DNA of 60,089 nt, taken from assembly GCA_963660495.1 (NCBI GenBank), contig CAVKYO010000052.1, positions 1 through 60,089 of the forward strand, read 5' to 3'. Position 1 is the first letter of the stretch, and each line of letters opens with the position of its first letter. The position numbers and the translations under genes were made by a program. Positions 29,989 through 39,351 of the stretch are shown in pieces. The stretch comes from Acidaminococcus fermentans (GTDB taxonomy: Bacteria > Bacillota_I > Bacilli_A > RF39 > UBA660). The notes under the pieces are model-generated. The model saw nothing but the letters and a program-made list of their open reading frames with translations. It was not told the origin of the DNA and did not search any database.

Positions 29989-31155
29989 TTATTCAATAAT
30001 ACTACTTACAAAGTAATATTTATTTGTTGTTTTATCTAATTTAAATGTATAATTTATTGTTTTAGCTTTATCTAAAAATGGTTCTATATCTATATCATAA
30101 TTGTTTGAATTAGCAATTTGTACAAATCCTATTTGATTCTTTAATGATTTGTCCGAATAGACTCCTACGGTATTTGTTTTTCCCGGATATAATTCATAAT
30201 AAATTGTTTTTTTAGTAAAAGTTATTACTCCATTATTCTCTACTTGATTTATATATTTGTGTTTTTCTCCAGGTCCACCAGTTGAACCAGGTGAATAGTT
30301 TGAAGCTTTAATACTGTATTCTTTTGTTCCTGCGTCATATGAATTTACTTCAATACTGCTGGCAAGAATTTTTATTGTTGATAATTTAGCAGAATCCTTA
30401 GTATATATTTCTTTTCCAACAGGGAGGTTAAAGTCTACTTTTGTTTCACTTCCGAAAATTTTCTTTAATGAATTTTCATAGGCACTATCTTTTAAAAGAA
30501 TGTCATATTCTTGTATCATTCCATGTAACGCTCTTGATTTTAGACAAGTAAGATTATTCATATTATAATCGGCATATTTAAATGCTAATTCTAAAATTTC
30601 TGCATCACTGAATGATTTAATACCATCTTCTCTACTTTTATCAGAAGTATAATCAATTAGATAATAATATAATTCTGCAATTTTTGAATTTACAGGTATT
30701 TTTGTATATCGTTCTTGAATATCTTTTTCTCTATAAGGTATTGAATCAAGAATATTGCATTCCAATCCTTCCATTACGTCGCTGTATTCTTGTTTCTGTG
30801 TCTGTTCTGTACTTTGTGATTCATCTTCTTCTACTGTTTCTTTTTCTTCTTCCACCTCTTTTTCAGTTTTTTCTTCATCTTTTTCTATGGTAGTTTCTTC
30901 GATGGTTGTTGGAGTTGAAGTTTGATTATCATTTTTTATTTCTTCAGTTTTATTACTTTGTATGAATAGTCCTACTAAATCTAAAAAAACTAAAAAAATA
31001 AGTATTGCTAGTAAAGCTCTTTTGTTTTTCTTTTTAGTTAAATCTTCTTTTTCGATATTTTGATTATCGTCAGGCTCTTGTTTTTTATCAAAATTTTGTT
31101 TTAAGTTATTTTTGTTAATGTCTTCACTTTCCTTTTTTATATCTTTACGCTCCAT
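29989..31155 (-). CDS. Hypothetical membrane-anchored protein with Glu/Lys-rich low-complexity linker
   Basis: 388 aa. Charged N-terminus, one TM helix (ALLAILIFLVFLDLVGLFI), an E-rich linker, then a globular C-terminal domain. Confidence 0.5.
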   Translation of the reverse strand: MERKDIKKESEDINKNNLKQNFDKKQEPDDNQNIEKEDLTKKKNKRALLAILIFLVFLDLVGLFIQSNKTEEIKNDNQTSTPTTIEETTIEKDEEKTEKEVEEEKETVEEDESQSTEQTQKQEYSDVMEGLECNILDSIPYREKDIQERYTKIPVNSKIAELYYYLIDYTSDKSREDGIKSFSDAEILELAFKYADYNMNNLTCLKSRALHGMIQEYDILLKDSAYENSLKKIFGSETKVDFNLPVGKEIYTKDSAKLSTIKILASSIEVNSYDAGTKEYSIKASNYSPGSTGGPGEKHKYINQVENNGVITFTKKTIYYELYPGKTNTVGVYSDKSLKNQIGFVQIANSNNYDIDIEPFLDKAKTINYTFKLDKTTNKYYFVSSIIE

Positions 31156-31257
31156 TTGACTACTCCTTACTTATTATAAAAAAATTATAACATAAAAGGA
31201 TAGTTTAAAATAGTCCTATTTCTATTTTTTATTAAAATGTAATTTATTCCTGCTATT

Positions 31258-32222
31258 CTATTTACTTTTTTCATTAATAATAATGTTTATTATGTCTTGA
31301 CCAGATGATTCTATTTTCTTATCACCAAAACCGGGAATTTTCTTCAAATCATCTAAAGTACTTGGCATTATGCTTAATATTTCTTCTAATGTTTGATCAT
31401 TAAATATAAAATATGGTTTATAGTTTAGACTTTTAGCTTTTTGAAGACGATATTTTTTTAATTCAGCTCTTATTACTTCCTTATTATCGTCTTTAATATT
31501 TTTATTTTCTTCTTCTATAAATTTCTTTAATAAAGGTCTTTCTATGTTACTTTCAACATAGGCATCTGCCACTTTCTTTATATCTTTTTCAAATCTAAAT
31601 GGTTCTCTTTTTGATTCTAGTTTCTTTAGGCATTCAATTATTTGATCAGCTTTGACAAGTCTTTCTTTTACGTTTCTTGGTGCATACTTGTCATTTATGA
31701 TAGTTTTAGGATTAGCCATAACGACAATGTAATCGTGAAAGTTTTCAAATTTTTTTCAAAGTTCATTTTATATAATATATTAGCGTTATCGTAATTTTCT
31801 TCTTTTATTATTTCCAAGTGTCTTTTACTTTGGGTTATAGGATTATATGTTCCTTCTGTAACTTTTTTATTATTTTTCATGTAAGTTCTAACAAAATCAC
31901 CTTTACTGTTAATGGTTATATTTCCAATAAAGTTTTTACATTCAATAAAATATGTACATCTTGCCGTTATAACAACGAAATCTATCTGCGCTGATTTTCC
32001 TTTATATTCAAAATTAACATTATGAAGGATATACATACCTATTCCAGAATGTAAAAGTTCATATAAAACTTGTTTTTCGCCAGCTAGACCATATTCGAAC
32101 AGTTTTACTTTATTTTCATAATCTTTGTTAGGATGAGTCTTTAAATATTCCTTCATCCTATCTAACTCTTTTTGTGTTGTAGTGTCTTCTTTATATAATA
32201 CTTGCTTTTTAAAACTGTACAT
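31258..32222 (-). pseudogene. NERD-domain/HRDC-domain protein split by a frameshift in an A7 tract
   Basis: ORF 31695-32222 has a NERD core (GKSAQIDFVVITARCTYFIECKNF). ORF 31258-31719 has an HRDC-like end (YFIFNDQTLEEI...IPGFGDKKIE). One extra A at 31750-31756 fuses them into about 321 aa. Confidence 0.7.
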
Positions 32223-32306
32223 TGCGTTTTTTTATAAGTCTATCAATTATGTCTAACATATTATCACCAAGTCTATTATAATATAGAGAAAAAAAGAAAA
32301 CAATAA

Positions 32307-32657
32307 TTACTTGTTTTCCTCTTTGTTAATACTATCGATAATTTCTTCTATATGGTTTCCATATTCTATTGATGTATCATATATAAATTTTAATTCTGGA
32401 GTATGTCTTATTTCTACTCTTTCAGCTAGTTTACTTCTTATAAATGATGCTGCTCCATTTAAAGCTTCAAGTGTTGTTTCTTTCTTTGTTTCATCAAGTA
32501 CTGTGAAATATACTTTGGCATAACTTAAATCTGAAGTTGTATCTACACCTGTGATAGTTACAAACTTAATATCTTCATCTTTTATTTCAGTCATTATAAT
32601 CATACTTATTTCTTCTTGAAAAGCATGATTTAAACGTTCTATTTTAATATTTGCCAT
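32307..32657 (-). CDS. rbfA: Ribosome-binding factor A
   Basis: 116 aa (TITGVDTTSDLSYAKVYF, RHTPELKFIYD). Follows infB. Confidence 0.9.
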   Translation of the reverse strand: MANIKIERLNHAFQEEISMIIMTEIKDEDIKFVTITGVDTTSDLSYAKVYFTVLDETKKETTLEALNGAASFIRSKLAERVEIRHTPELKFIYDTSIEYGNHIEEIIDSINKEENK

Positions 32658-32666
32658 GATTTATTA

Positions 32667-34802
32667 TTACCTTTTTATTTCTACAAGGTCATATACTTCA
32701 ATAATATCTTTTTCCTTATAGTCTTGACAATTTTCTAAAGTTATACCACAGTCCATATCTTTTTTTACTTCTTTTACTTGATCTTTTTCATGTTGAAGAG
32801 ATTTTACTGAGCCATTGTATACTACAACGTCATCTCTTATAATTCTAGCTTTTTGATTATTCTTTATAGTTCCTGATAAGACATGACAACCTGCAATTAG
32901 ACCTATTTTTGAGAATTTAAATATTTGTCTAATTTCTAGTGTACCAGTTACTTTTTCTTCATATTCAGGATCTAACATACCCTTCATAGCTTTTTCCATA
33001 TCTTCTACTACTTTATATATAATATCGTATGTTTTTATTGGAATATTGTATTGCTTAGCCATATCCATGGTCTTTTGATTAGCTCTTACATTGAATCCGA
33101 TAATTAAAGCATCTGATGCACTTGCTAGAACGATATCACTTTCAGTTATAGCACCAACTGCACCTCTTATAACTGATACTTTTACACCGTCTACAGATAT
33201 TTTTTCTAAAGAATTTTTTACAGCTTCTAAGCTTCCATTTACATCGGCTTTTAAAACTATTTTTATTTCTTTTATGCCTTCTTGGATTCTTCCAAATAAG
33301 TCTTCTAAAGTCATACCTGAGAAATTACTGTCTTTTTCACGACTACGTAATTTTCTTTCTTCTGCTATTTGTTTAGCTTGTTTTTCTGATTCAAAGGCCA
33401 TGAACTTATCACCAGCACTTGGTACTTCAGATATTCCAGTTACTTCAACTGGTGTTGATGGAGAAGCTTCTACAATATTTTGACCTAAGTCATTCTTTAG
33501 AGTACGAACCTTTCCAAATGAGTTTCCTATAACTATAGGGTCTCCTAAACGAAGAGTACCATTTTGAATTAGTAGTGTTATTACTGATCCAACTTTACTA
33601 TCTTTTCTAGATTCAATTACCGCGCCTGTTGCGTAACGTGAAGGATTAGCTTTATAACCTTCCATTTCAGCAACTAATAGTATGTTGTCTAATAATTCAT
33701 TTACATTTTCACCTGTTGCGGCTGATATTTTATTAACGATGACATTGCCACCCCATTCTTCTGGAGTTAATCCATTTTCTACTAGGGCTGTCATAATTCT
33801 TTCGATATTAGCGTCTGGTTTATCAATTTTATTTATGGCTACTATTATAGGTACTCCAGCAGCTTTGGCATGATCAATTGCTTCTTTTGTTTGTGGCATT
33901 ACACCATCATCTGCTGCTACTATGATGATAACTATATCAGTAATTGAAGCACCTCTAGCACGCATTTCTGTAAATGCTTCATGACCCGGTGTATCAATAA
34001 ATGTAATCGACTTGTCTTTATATTTAACTGAATAAGCACCAATAGCTTGAGTAATTCCACCTGCTTCACCTGAAGCTACATTTGATTTTCTTATGTAGTC
34101 TAGTAAAGTAGTTTTACCATGGTCAACATGTCCCATGATAGTTACAACTGGTGGACGTTCTACTAAGTCTTCTTCAGCATCTGAAATTTCATAGTTTTCA
34201 AAGTTAGAAATATCTGCTGTTTCAGCTTTCTTTAATACTTTGTCATAATCTGATGCTACAACCTCAGCACTATCATAATCTATTGACTGATTAACTGAAG
34301 CCATAATTCCTAGGGTCATTAATTTTTTAACTACTTCTACTGGTCCTACTTCTAAGGCTTTTGCTAAGTCAGAAACAGTCATGCCATTTTCATATAAAAT
34401 TACGTTATCTTCCTGTGTTTTTTCATTACTTTGTAATTTTTCACGATGTTTGTAAATCTTTTTTCTTTCTTTTAAGAATTCTTTTTTATTTTCAGTCTTT
34501 TTTACTTGTTTTGTTTTAACTTTTTCAAAGTTTGTTTCATTATCTAAATCGAATTTAGTATCCATAGCAAGCTTTTCAGCTTTATCAATAACTTCTTCTT
34601 CATAGTCTTTAGTTTCTAAGTCTTCTATATCCCCTGTTATATAATCTTCAGCATCTTGTAATTCATTATCAAGTAAAATAATATCAGTTTCATCTAAAGG
34701 AGTTGTTTCGTCTTCGTAGTTGATACCAATTTTATCACATAAAGCTTTAATCTCATCTATAGTTTTTCCAACATCTAATGCATAGTCTTCTATAGTCATC
34801 AT
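32667..34802 (-). CDS. infB: Translation initiation factor IF-2
   Basis: 711 aa. G domain: GHVDHGKTTLLD, DTPGHEAF, NKID. Confidence 0.95.
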   Translation of the reverse strand: MMTIEDYALDVGKTIDEIKALCDKIGINYEDETTPLDETDIILLDNELQDAEDYITGDIEDLETKDYEEEVIDKAEKLAMDTKFDLDNETNFEKVKTKQVKKTENKKEFLKERKKIYKHREKLQSNEKTQEDNVILYENGMTVSDLAKALEVGPVEVVKKLMTLGIMASVNQSIDYDSAEVVASDYDKVLKKAETADISNFENYEISDAEEDLVERPPVVTIMGHVDHGKTTLLDYIRKSNVASGEAGGITQAIGAYSVKYKDKSITFIDTPGHEAFTEMRARGASITDIVIIIVAADDGVMPQTKEAIDHAKAAGVPIIVAINKIDKPDANIERIMTALVENGLTPEEWGGNVIVNKISAATGENVNELLDNILLVAEMEGYKANPSRYATGAVIESRKDSKVGSVITLLIQNGTLRLGDPIVIGNSFGKVRTLKNDLGQNIVEASPSTPVEVTGISEVPSAGDKFMAFESEKQAKQIAEERKLRSREKDSNFSGMTLEDLFGRIQEGIKEIKIVLKADVNGSLEAVKNSLEKISVDGVKVSVIRGAVGAITESDIVLASASDALIIGFNVRANQKTMDMAKQYNIPIKTYDIIYKVVEDMEKAMKGMLDPEYEEKVTGTLEIRQIFKFSKIGLIAGCHVLSGTIKNNQKARIIRDDVVVYNGSVKSLQHEKDQVKEVKKDMDCGITLENCQDYKEKDIIEVYDLVEIKR

Positions 34803-34813
34803 AAAGACTCACC

Positions 34814-35077
34814 TCACTTTTCTATAATTTTTCTTATTTCTTCATATACACTATCCTCTATATTGCATTCTAGCTTTTTATCTAATATTTTTGTCTTTTT
34901 GGCCTTTTCTAATATTGCAATATCTTTTTTAATATATGCACCATGACCATTTATTTTTCCTGTTTCATCAGGAACTACATTACCTTCTTTAGTTCTTACT
35001 ATACGAAGCAACTCTTGTTTAGGTAATTTTTCTTTTGTAATTATACATGTTCTTAGAGGAATTTTCTTTACTTTCAT
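34814..35077 (-). CDS. ylxR: YlxR/RnpM family RNA-binding protein (DUF448)
   Basis: 87 aa (PLRTCIITKEKLPKQELLRIV, GHGAYI). Lies between nusA and infB. Confidence 0.85.
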   Translation of the reverse strand: MKVKKIPLRTCIITKEKLPKQELLRIVRTKEGNVVPDETGKINGHGAYIKKDIAILEKAKKTKILDKKLECNIEDSVYEEIRKIIEK

Positions 35078-35087
35078 AATAGTCCTC

Positions 35088-36278
35088 CTATCTAAAGTTT
35101 ATACCTGCTTCTCTAGCTTGTTCAGTTGTCTTAATATCAATTTTATAATGTGTTAATTTGCTAGCTAAACGGGCATTTTGTCCTTTTTTACCTATAGCTA
35201 GAGAGAAGTTGTCTCCATCGGCAATTACCATTGCTTCTTGTTTCTTTGGATCGGTTATCGCAACAGTTAATTCTTTTGCTGGTGATAGAGCGTTTTCAAT
35301 AAATACAGCCGGATCTTTATCATATCTTACAACATCTAGTTTTTCGCCATGTAATTCTTCAATGATTCTAGCTATACGGCTACCCTTTTCACCAATGCAC
35401 GCTCCAATTGGATCAACATTTGGTCTTTCTGAATATACAGCAACTTTACTTCTGTTTCCTGGGTCTCTTGCTACACTGTATAACATTACTGTTCCATCAG
35501 CTAATTCTGGGATTTCTAGTTCAAATAATCTTTTTACAAAGCCGTAATGACTTCTACTTAATAGGATTAATAAGTTTTTACCATTGTTATCTACTTTAGT
35601 AACATAAACTTTTATTTGAGAACCCATGACAATTTTTTCACCTGGAATAATATCTTTCTTTGGTAATATTCCGTTTGTTCTTCCTAAGTCAATGAAGTAA
35701 TTGTCTGTATCTTCTAAGGCAACAGTACCAATTAATAATTCATCTTGTTTATCACCGAATTCATCAAGGATACTATTTCTTTCAGCCTCTCTTATTTTTT
35801 GTACTACAACTTGTTTTGCAGTTGAAGCTGCTACACGTCCAAACTCTTTAGGAGTTACTTCATGGTCAATTGTATCTCCTAGTTCTAATGTTTTATCAAT
35901 TTTCTTAGCTTCGCTTAATTTAATTTCTGTTTCAGGATTGAAGTACTCATAAGCTGGCTTCTTTTCTTTTTCTGTGTCTTCTCCTTCTTCTTCAGTTTCT
36001 TCTTCCTCTTCTTCATCTTCATCAGTATAATGTTCAAATAAGTAATCTTCATACTCATCTTTTGTCATTTTGTCATCAGGTACAACTGTAAGATATGAAT
36101 ATACTTTTATTTCTCCTGTTGCTCTATCGAATAAGACTTTAACATTAGTTTTAGAATTGAAATTTTTCTTGTATGCTGAAGTTAGAGCTAATTCCATTGC
36201 TTCATATACTACTTCTGGATCAATGTCTTTTTCTTTAACGATATTATCAAGTGCTTTTTTAAATTCTTTTCCGTTCAT
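35088..36278 (-). CDS. nusA: Transcription termination/antitermination factor NusA
   Basis: 396 aa. N-terminal domain with an acidic insert (DEDEEEEEETEEEGEDTE), then S1 and two KH domains (GACIGEKGSRI, AIGKKGQNARL). Confidence 0.95.
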   Translation of the reverse strand: MNGKEFKKALDNIVKEKDIDPEVVYEAMELALTSAYKKNFNSKTNVKVLFDRATGEIKVYSYLTVVPDDKMTKDEYEDYLFEHYTDEDEEEEEETEEEGEDTEKEKKPAYEYFNPETEIKLSEAKKIDKTLELGDTIDHEVTPKEFGRVAASTAKQVVVQKIREAERNSILDEFGDKQDELLIGTVALEDTDNYFIDLGRTNGILPKKDIIPGEKIVMGSQIKVYVTKVDNNGKNLLILLSRSHYGFVKRLFELEIPELADGTVMLYSVARDPGNRSKVAVYSERPNVDPIGACIGEKGSRIARIIEELHGEKLDVVRYDKDPAVFIENALSPAKELTVAITDPKKQEAMVIADGDNFSLAIGKKGQNARLASKLTHYKIDIKTTEQAREAGINFR

Positions 36279-36280
36279 TT

Positions 36281-36535
36281 TTATTCTCCTTTCTCTTTAG
36301 AGTAAATATCTAATTCATCTACTTCTTCTAGTATTTTATTATTTTCATCCATTATTTTATTAATTATTCTTGATGCCTCTGTAATAAGGTTTAAATCAAT
36401 TACATCTTCACTATCAAGTACTATGTTAAATATTTTTTTTCCTTCTTGTTCCTCATAAAATGCATCTGATACAAATACGTTTAAATCTTTGATTTTATCA
36501 TCTACAAGTTCACTAATTTGCTCTTTCATGGCCAC
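36281..36535 (-). CDS. rimP: Ribosome maturation factor RimP, N-terminal domain only (84 aa)
   Basis: Position immediately 5' of nusA and RimP-N-like sequence (FNIVLDSEDVIDLNLITEASRII...ELDIYS). No room for the C-terminal Sm-like domain. Confidence 0.6.
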   Translation of the reverse strand: MAMKEQISELVDDKIKDLNVFVSDAFYEEQEGKKIFNIVLDSEDVIDLNLITEASRIINKIMDENNKILEEVDELDIYSKEKGE

Positions 36536-36551
36536 CTCCTACAAATAATAA

Positions 36552-36599
36552 GAGTGGGAATTTTTTCTTTCCCACTCCTTTCTCAAGTGTATTATACCA
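36552..36599 (-). promoter_or_regulatory. rimP-nusA-infB promoter (extended -10) plus leader terminator-like hairpin
   Basis: The minus strand has TGGTATAAT (36599-36591). About 14 nt later comes GAGTGGGAA-agaaaaaa-TTCCCACTC (36577-36552), followed by TTATTATTTG and the RBS. Confidence 0.5.
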
Positions 36600-36620
36600 T
36601 AGTTTAGCTAAAATACAAAC

Positions 36621-36642
36621 ATTTATTTTGGATTTATTTTGG
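36621..36642. repeat. 11-bp tandem direct repeat upstream of the rimP promoter
   Basis: ATTTATTTTGG occurs twice (36621-36631 and 36632-36642). Nearby TTAGTATAA-type repeats lie at about 36657-36688. Confidence 0.8.
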
Positions 36643-36691
36643 ATTATGGCTGTAAACTTAGTATAAATTTAGTATAATTTTAGTAATCTGT

Positions 36692-37654
36692 TTAGAAAAA
36701 TATTACTGATACATAATATACAGCAAATATTAGTAACATCATTAAACCTTCTATTTTAGATATTGTTCTTTCACTTCTAGCAAATAAGTATAAGTCTAGT
36801 GAAGTTAGAAAAACAGCAATAATATCTATTATTGAAAAATTACTCAAAGCAATATCTCCATATATAGTAATTGGTAATCCTAATACAATACATATATTGA
36901 AGATATTTGTACCGATGATGTTACCTATAGCCATGTCAAATTCACCTTTTCTAGCACTACTTACAGTCATAAACATTTCTGGTAAACTTGTACCAATTAC
37001 TATGGCGGTCATGGTGATTAATTTTTCACTTATGTTTAGACTTTTGGCTATTTTTACTGCGTTATCTACAATGATATTACTACTTAAGGATATTAAGACA
37101 ATGGAGAGAATTAAGATTATTATGGCAATTGGTATATTATCATATTTGATATCTACTTTTTGCGGATTTTTTTCTTTTCGATGAAGCATTTGTACTAAAT
37201 ATGTCACAAACATTAAGAATAGTAGCATTAAAATTATTCCATCTATTCTTGAAAATACATTAGGATTATATTTATTAAATAGACCATCTAACATTAGTAC
37301 TGAAAATGATGTTGTTATTAAAAAGAGAATGGGTAGTTCTTTCTTTACCGTTTCATGTTTTACTTTTATGGGATGTAGTAATGATGCTAGTCCTATAATT
37401 AGAAAGACATTTACAATACAGCTTCCAATTACATTAGCAAAAGCTATAGTACCATTTTTGTTAGCTACGCTTGTAAATGAAATAGCTATTTCTGGAGCAC
37501 AAGTACCAAAGGATACTATAGTAAGTGCTACTAACATTTTAGGCACTTTACATTTTATAGCTATAGATGATGCACTATCTACTAAGACATCACTTGCTTT
37601 AATGATAACTATAAAGCCAATCAACAAAAATATATATTTAAGCATTAATATCAC
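36692..37654 (-). CDS. Calcium/sodium antiporter (CaCA / YrbG family)
   Basis: 320 aa, about 10 TM helices. Duplicated alpha-repeat motifs GTCAPE and GTSLPE. Confidence 0.8.
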   Translation of the reverse strand: MILMLKYIFLLIGFIVIIKASDVLVDSASSIAIKCKVPKMLVALTIVSFGTCAPEIAISFTSVANKNGTIAFANVIGSCIVNVFLIIGLASLLHPIKVKHETVKKELPILFLITTSFSVLMLDGLFNKYNPNVFSRIDGIILMLLFLMFVTYLVQMLHRKEKNPQKVDIKYDNIPIAIIILILSIVLISLSSNIIVDNAVKIAKSLNISEKLITMTAIVIGTSLPEMFMTVSSARKGEFDMAIGNIIGTNIFNICIVLGLPITIYGDIALSNFSIIDIIAVFLTSLDLYLFARSERTISKIEGLMMLLIFAVYYVSVIFF

Positions 37655-37754
37655 TACCCTTTAGTTTATTATAGCAAAATACATCATTCAAAAAAAGAAG
37701 TATTTTGTTGCTAAAGAAAATAAGTCTACTTAAGTGTAAACTTATTTATAGTTT

Positions 37755-39254
37755 TTAGTTATTTTGATTTGTTTTTGTATATACTTCTGTTTGTGTTTTT
37801 ATTGATTTGTATTCACTTTTAGAAAGGAATTCTGGGACTCTTAGTGAATCTGATATTACACTATATGTAGGATTCTTTGATTCTTTATTTTTTATTTCTA
37901 TTGCTTCAGGATTTAAAAGTAATAATGTATCAATGTCTGTTTCATTAATACTAGCAAATGTTTCTAGAGGAAGAGATGGTTGATATGTTTTACTAGATGT
38001 ATAGTAAGATAAGTCTTCTTTATCTATAACATATGGAACAGTTATTTTTTGTCCAGCTTGAATATTTACACTGTTATCATAATTTACTGTTAAATCATTT
38101 GTTTTAGCAATATATTCTATTGTAGAATTAGAGTCTACTGAATAATCATAAACTGTATCACCGTATTCAACTAAAAATACTCTATTTAATGTAATTGTTC
38201 CTTCTTCTACTGGTATTGCAGTTTCTTCTTTTTCTATCGTCTCAGTTATCTTTGGAACTTCAATCTCTATTTCTTTAGGAACTTCATTAGAGGAAGCTTG
38301 TTTCGGTATTGCTATTAAAGCTCCTGCTAATAATAGTGAACCTATAGTTACACGATTTCTGATAATAAATTTAGGTAAGTTGTCTTCTGTAATATAGCGA
38401 AGTTTATATAATTGATACCATGTTTCTGCTACTACATGTATAGCTCCTGAACTAACATTAAAAATAATTGGATTAGCATCTGCTAATTTTGAATGAGCAA
38501 GATGCGTGCTAACATTTTTATGACGTTCTTTAAATGGCTCAGTTTTTTCATCTTCTCTTACTTCTTTCCAACCTTTTTTTACTGTTTCTGTGAAGTTTTT
38601 AGTCTTAACATCAGAATACCTTGGTCTTCCCTCTTTAGTTTTGAAGTTATCCTTTTTTCCTTTGTTTTCGCCTTTTTTTTGATTTAAATAAGTCTTTTTA
38701 TAAATTTCATCATATTTTTCTTTGCTTTCTCTGTTGCTTAATACAATATAGGCATTTTTCATACACATATAAATATCTTCATTTATTGCTTTCATTTCTT
38801 CTTTGGCTTTTTTATTACTTGGCAATGAAGGATGATATGTTGTTATTCTTTCAAAGAAGGCTTTTTCTATTTCAGCTTCTGTAGCGTAATATTTTATACC
38901 TAGTAAAGAGTAAAAATCAACTATTTTTCCAGTGTCTAGGCAGTTATCTATTTCTTGTAAAATAGCATAATTATACAAATATTTTTCTTTATCTGTCATT
39001 TCATCTGACGATAATTCGGCGTCATACTGACAACTTTTATAAAAGTCTGATAGTGTTTCATAAGCTTCATTTATTTGTCTTAAAATATTTTCACGTATTT
39101 TTAATTCTAATTCACTTACCTCTTCATTGTTTTGATATAAGTCAGGATGGAATTCTTTAACACAATTACGATAAGCTTTTTTTATTTCTTCTGGAGATGA
39201 TAAATTACTTACGCCTAGCAGTTCATAATAATTTAATTTTTTTGTAGGTTTCAT
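37755..39254 (-). CDS. Membrane protein with two N-terminal J domains and an extracytoplasmic LysM region
   Basis: 499 aa. J1: YYELLGV...KKAYRNCVKEFHPD. J2: FYSLLGI...YHPS (degenerate HPD). TM helix IGSLLLAGALIAI at about aa 305. LysM-like: VEYGDTVYDYSV...IAKTNDL...IQAGQKITVP. Confidence 0.65.
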   Translation of the reverse strand: MKPTKKLNYYELLGVSNLSSPEEIKKAYRNCVKEFHPDLYQNNEEVSELELKIRENILRQINEAYETLSDFYKSCQYDAELSSDEMTDKEKYLYNYAILQEIDNCLDTGKIVDFYSLLGIKYYATEAEIEKAFFERITTYHPSLPSNKKAKEEMKAINEDIYMCMKNAYIVLSNRESKEKYDEIYKKTYLNQKKGENKGKKDNFKTKEGRPRYSDVKTKNFTETVKKGWKEVREDEKTEPFKERHKNVSTHLAHSKLADANPIIFNVSSGAIHVVAETWYQLYKLRYITEDNLPKFIIRNRVTIGSLLLAGALIAIPKQASSNEVPKEIEIEVPKITETIEKEETAIPVEEGTITLNRVFLVEYGDTVYDYSVDSNSTIEYIAKTNDLTVNYDNSVNIQAGQKITVPYVIDKEDLSYYTSSKTYQPSLPLETFASINETDIDTLLLLNPEAIEIKNKESKNPTYSVISDSLRVPEFLSKSEYKSIKTQTEVYTKTNQNN

Positions 39255-39351
39255 AACTACTTTTCCCTTCTTTCAATTGCTGTATGATTATATCATATTT
39301 TTGTTATTTTGTAAAGGAAAAACGTGTCTGTTCAGCACAGCTTTTGCTCTG

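Noticed and set aside
33091-33483. 130-aa plus-strand ORF. The same reasoning applies to 35158-35547, 37329-37664, 36897-37184, 49359-49724, 53274-53645, 22287-22526 and 5590-5844.
   Set aside because: All are antisense shadows inside strongly supported minus-strand genes (infB, nusA, CaCA, the ABC exporter, the PPIase region, smc and the repeat protein).
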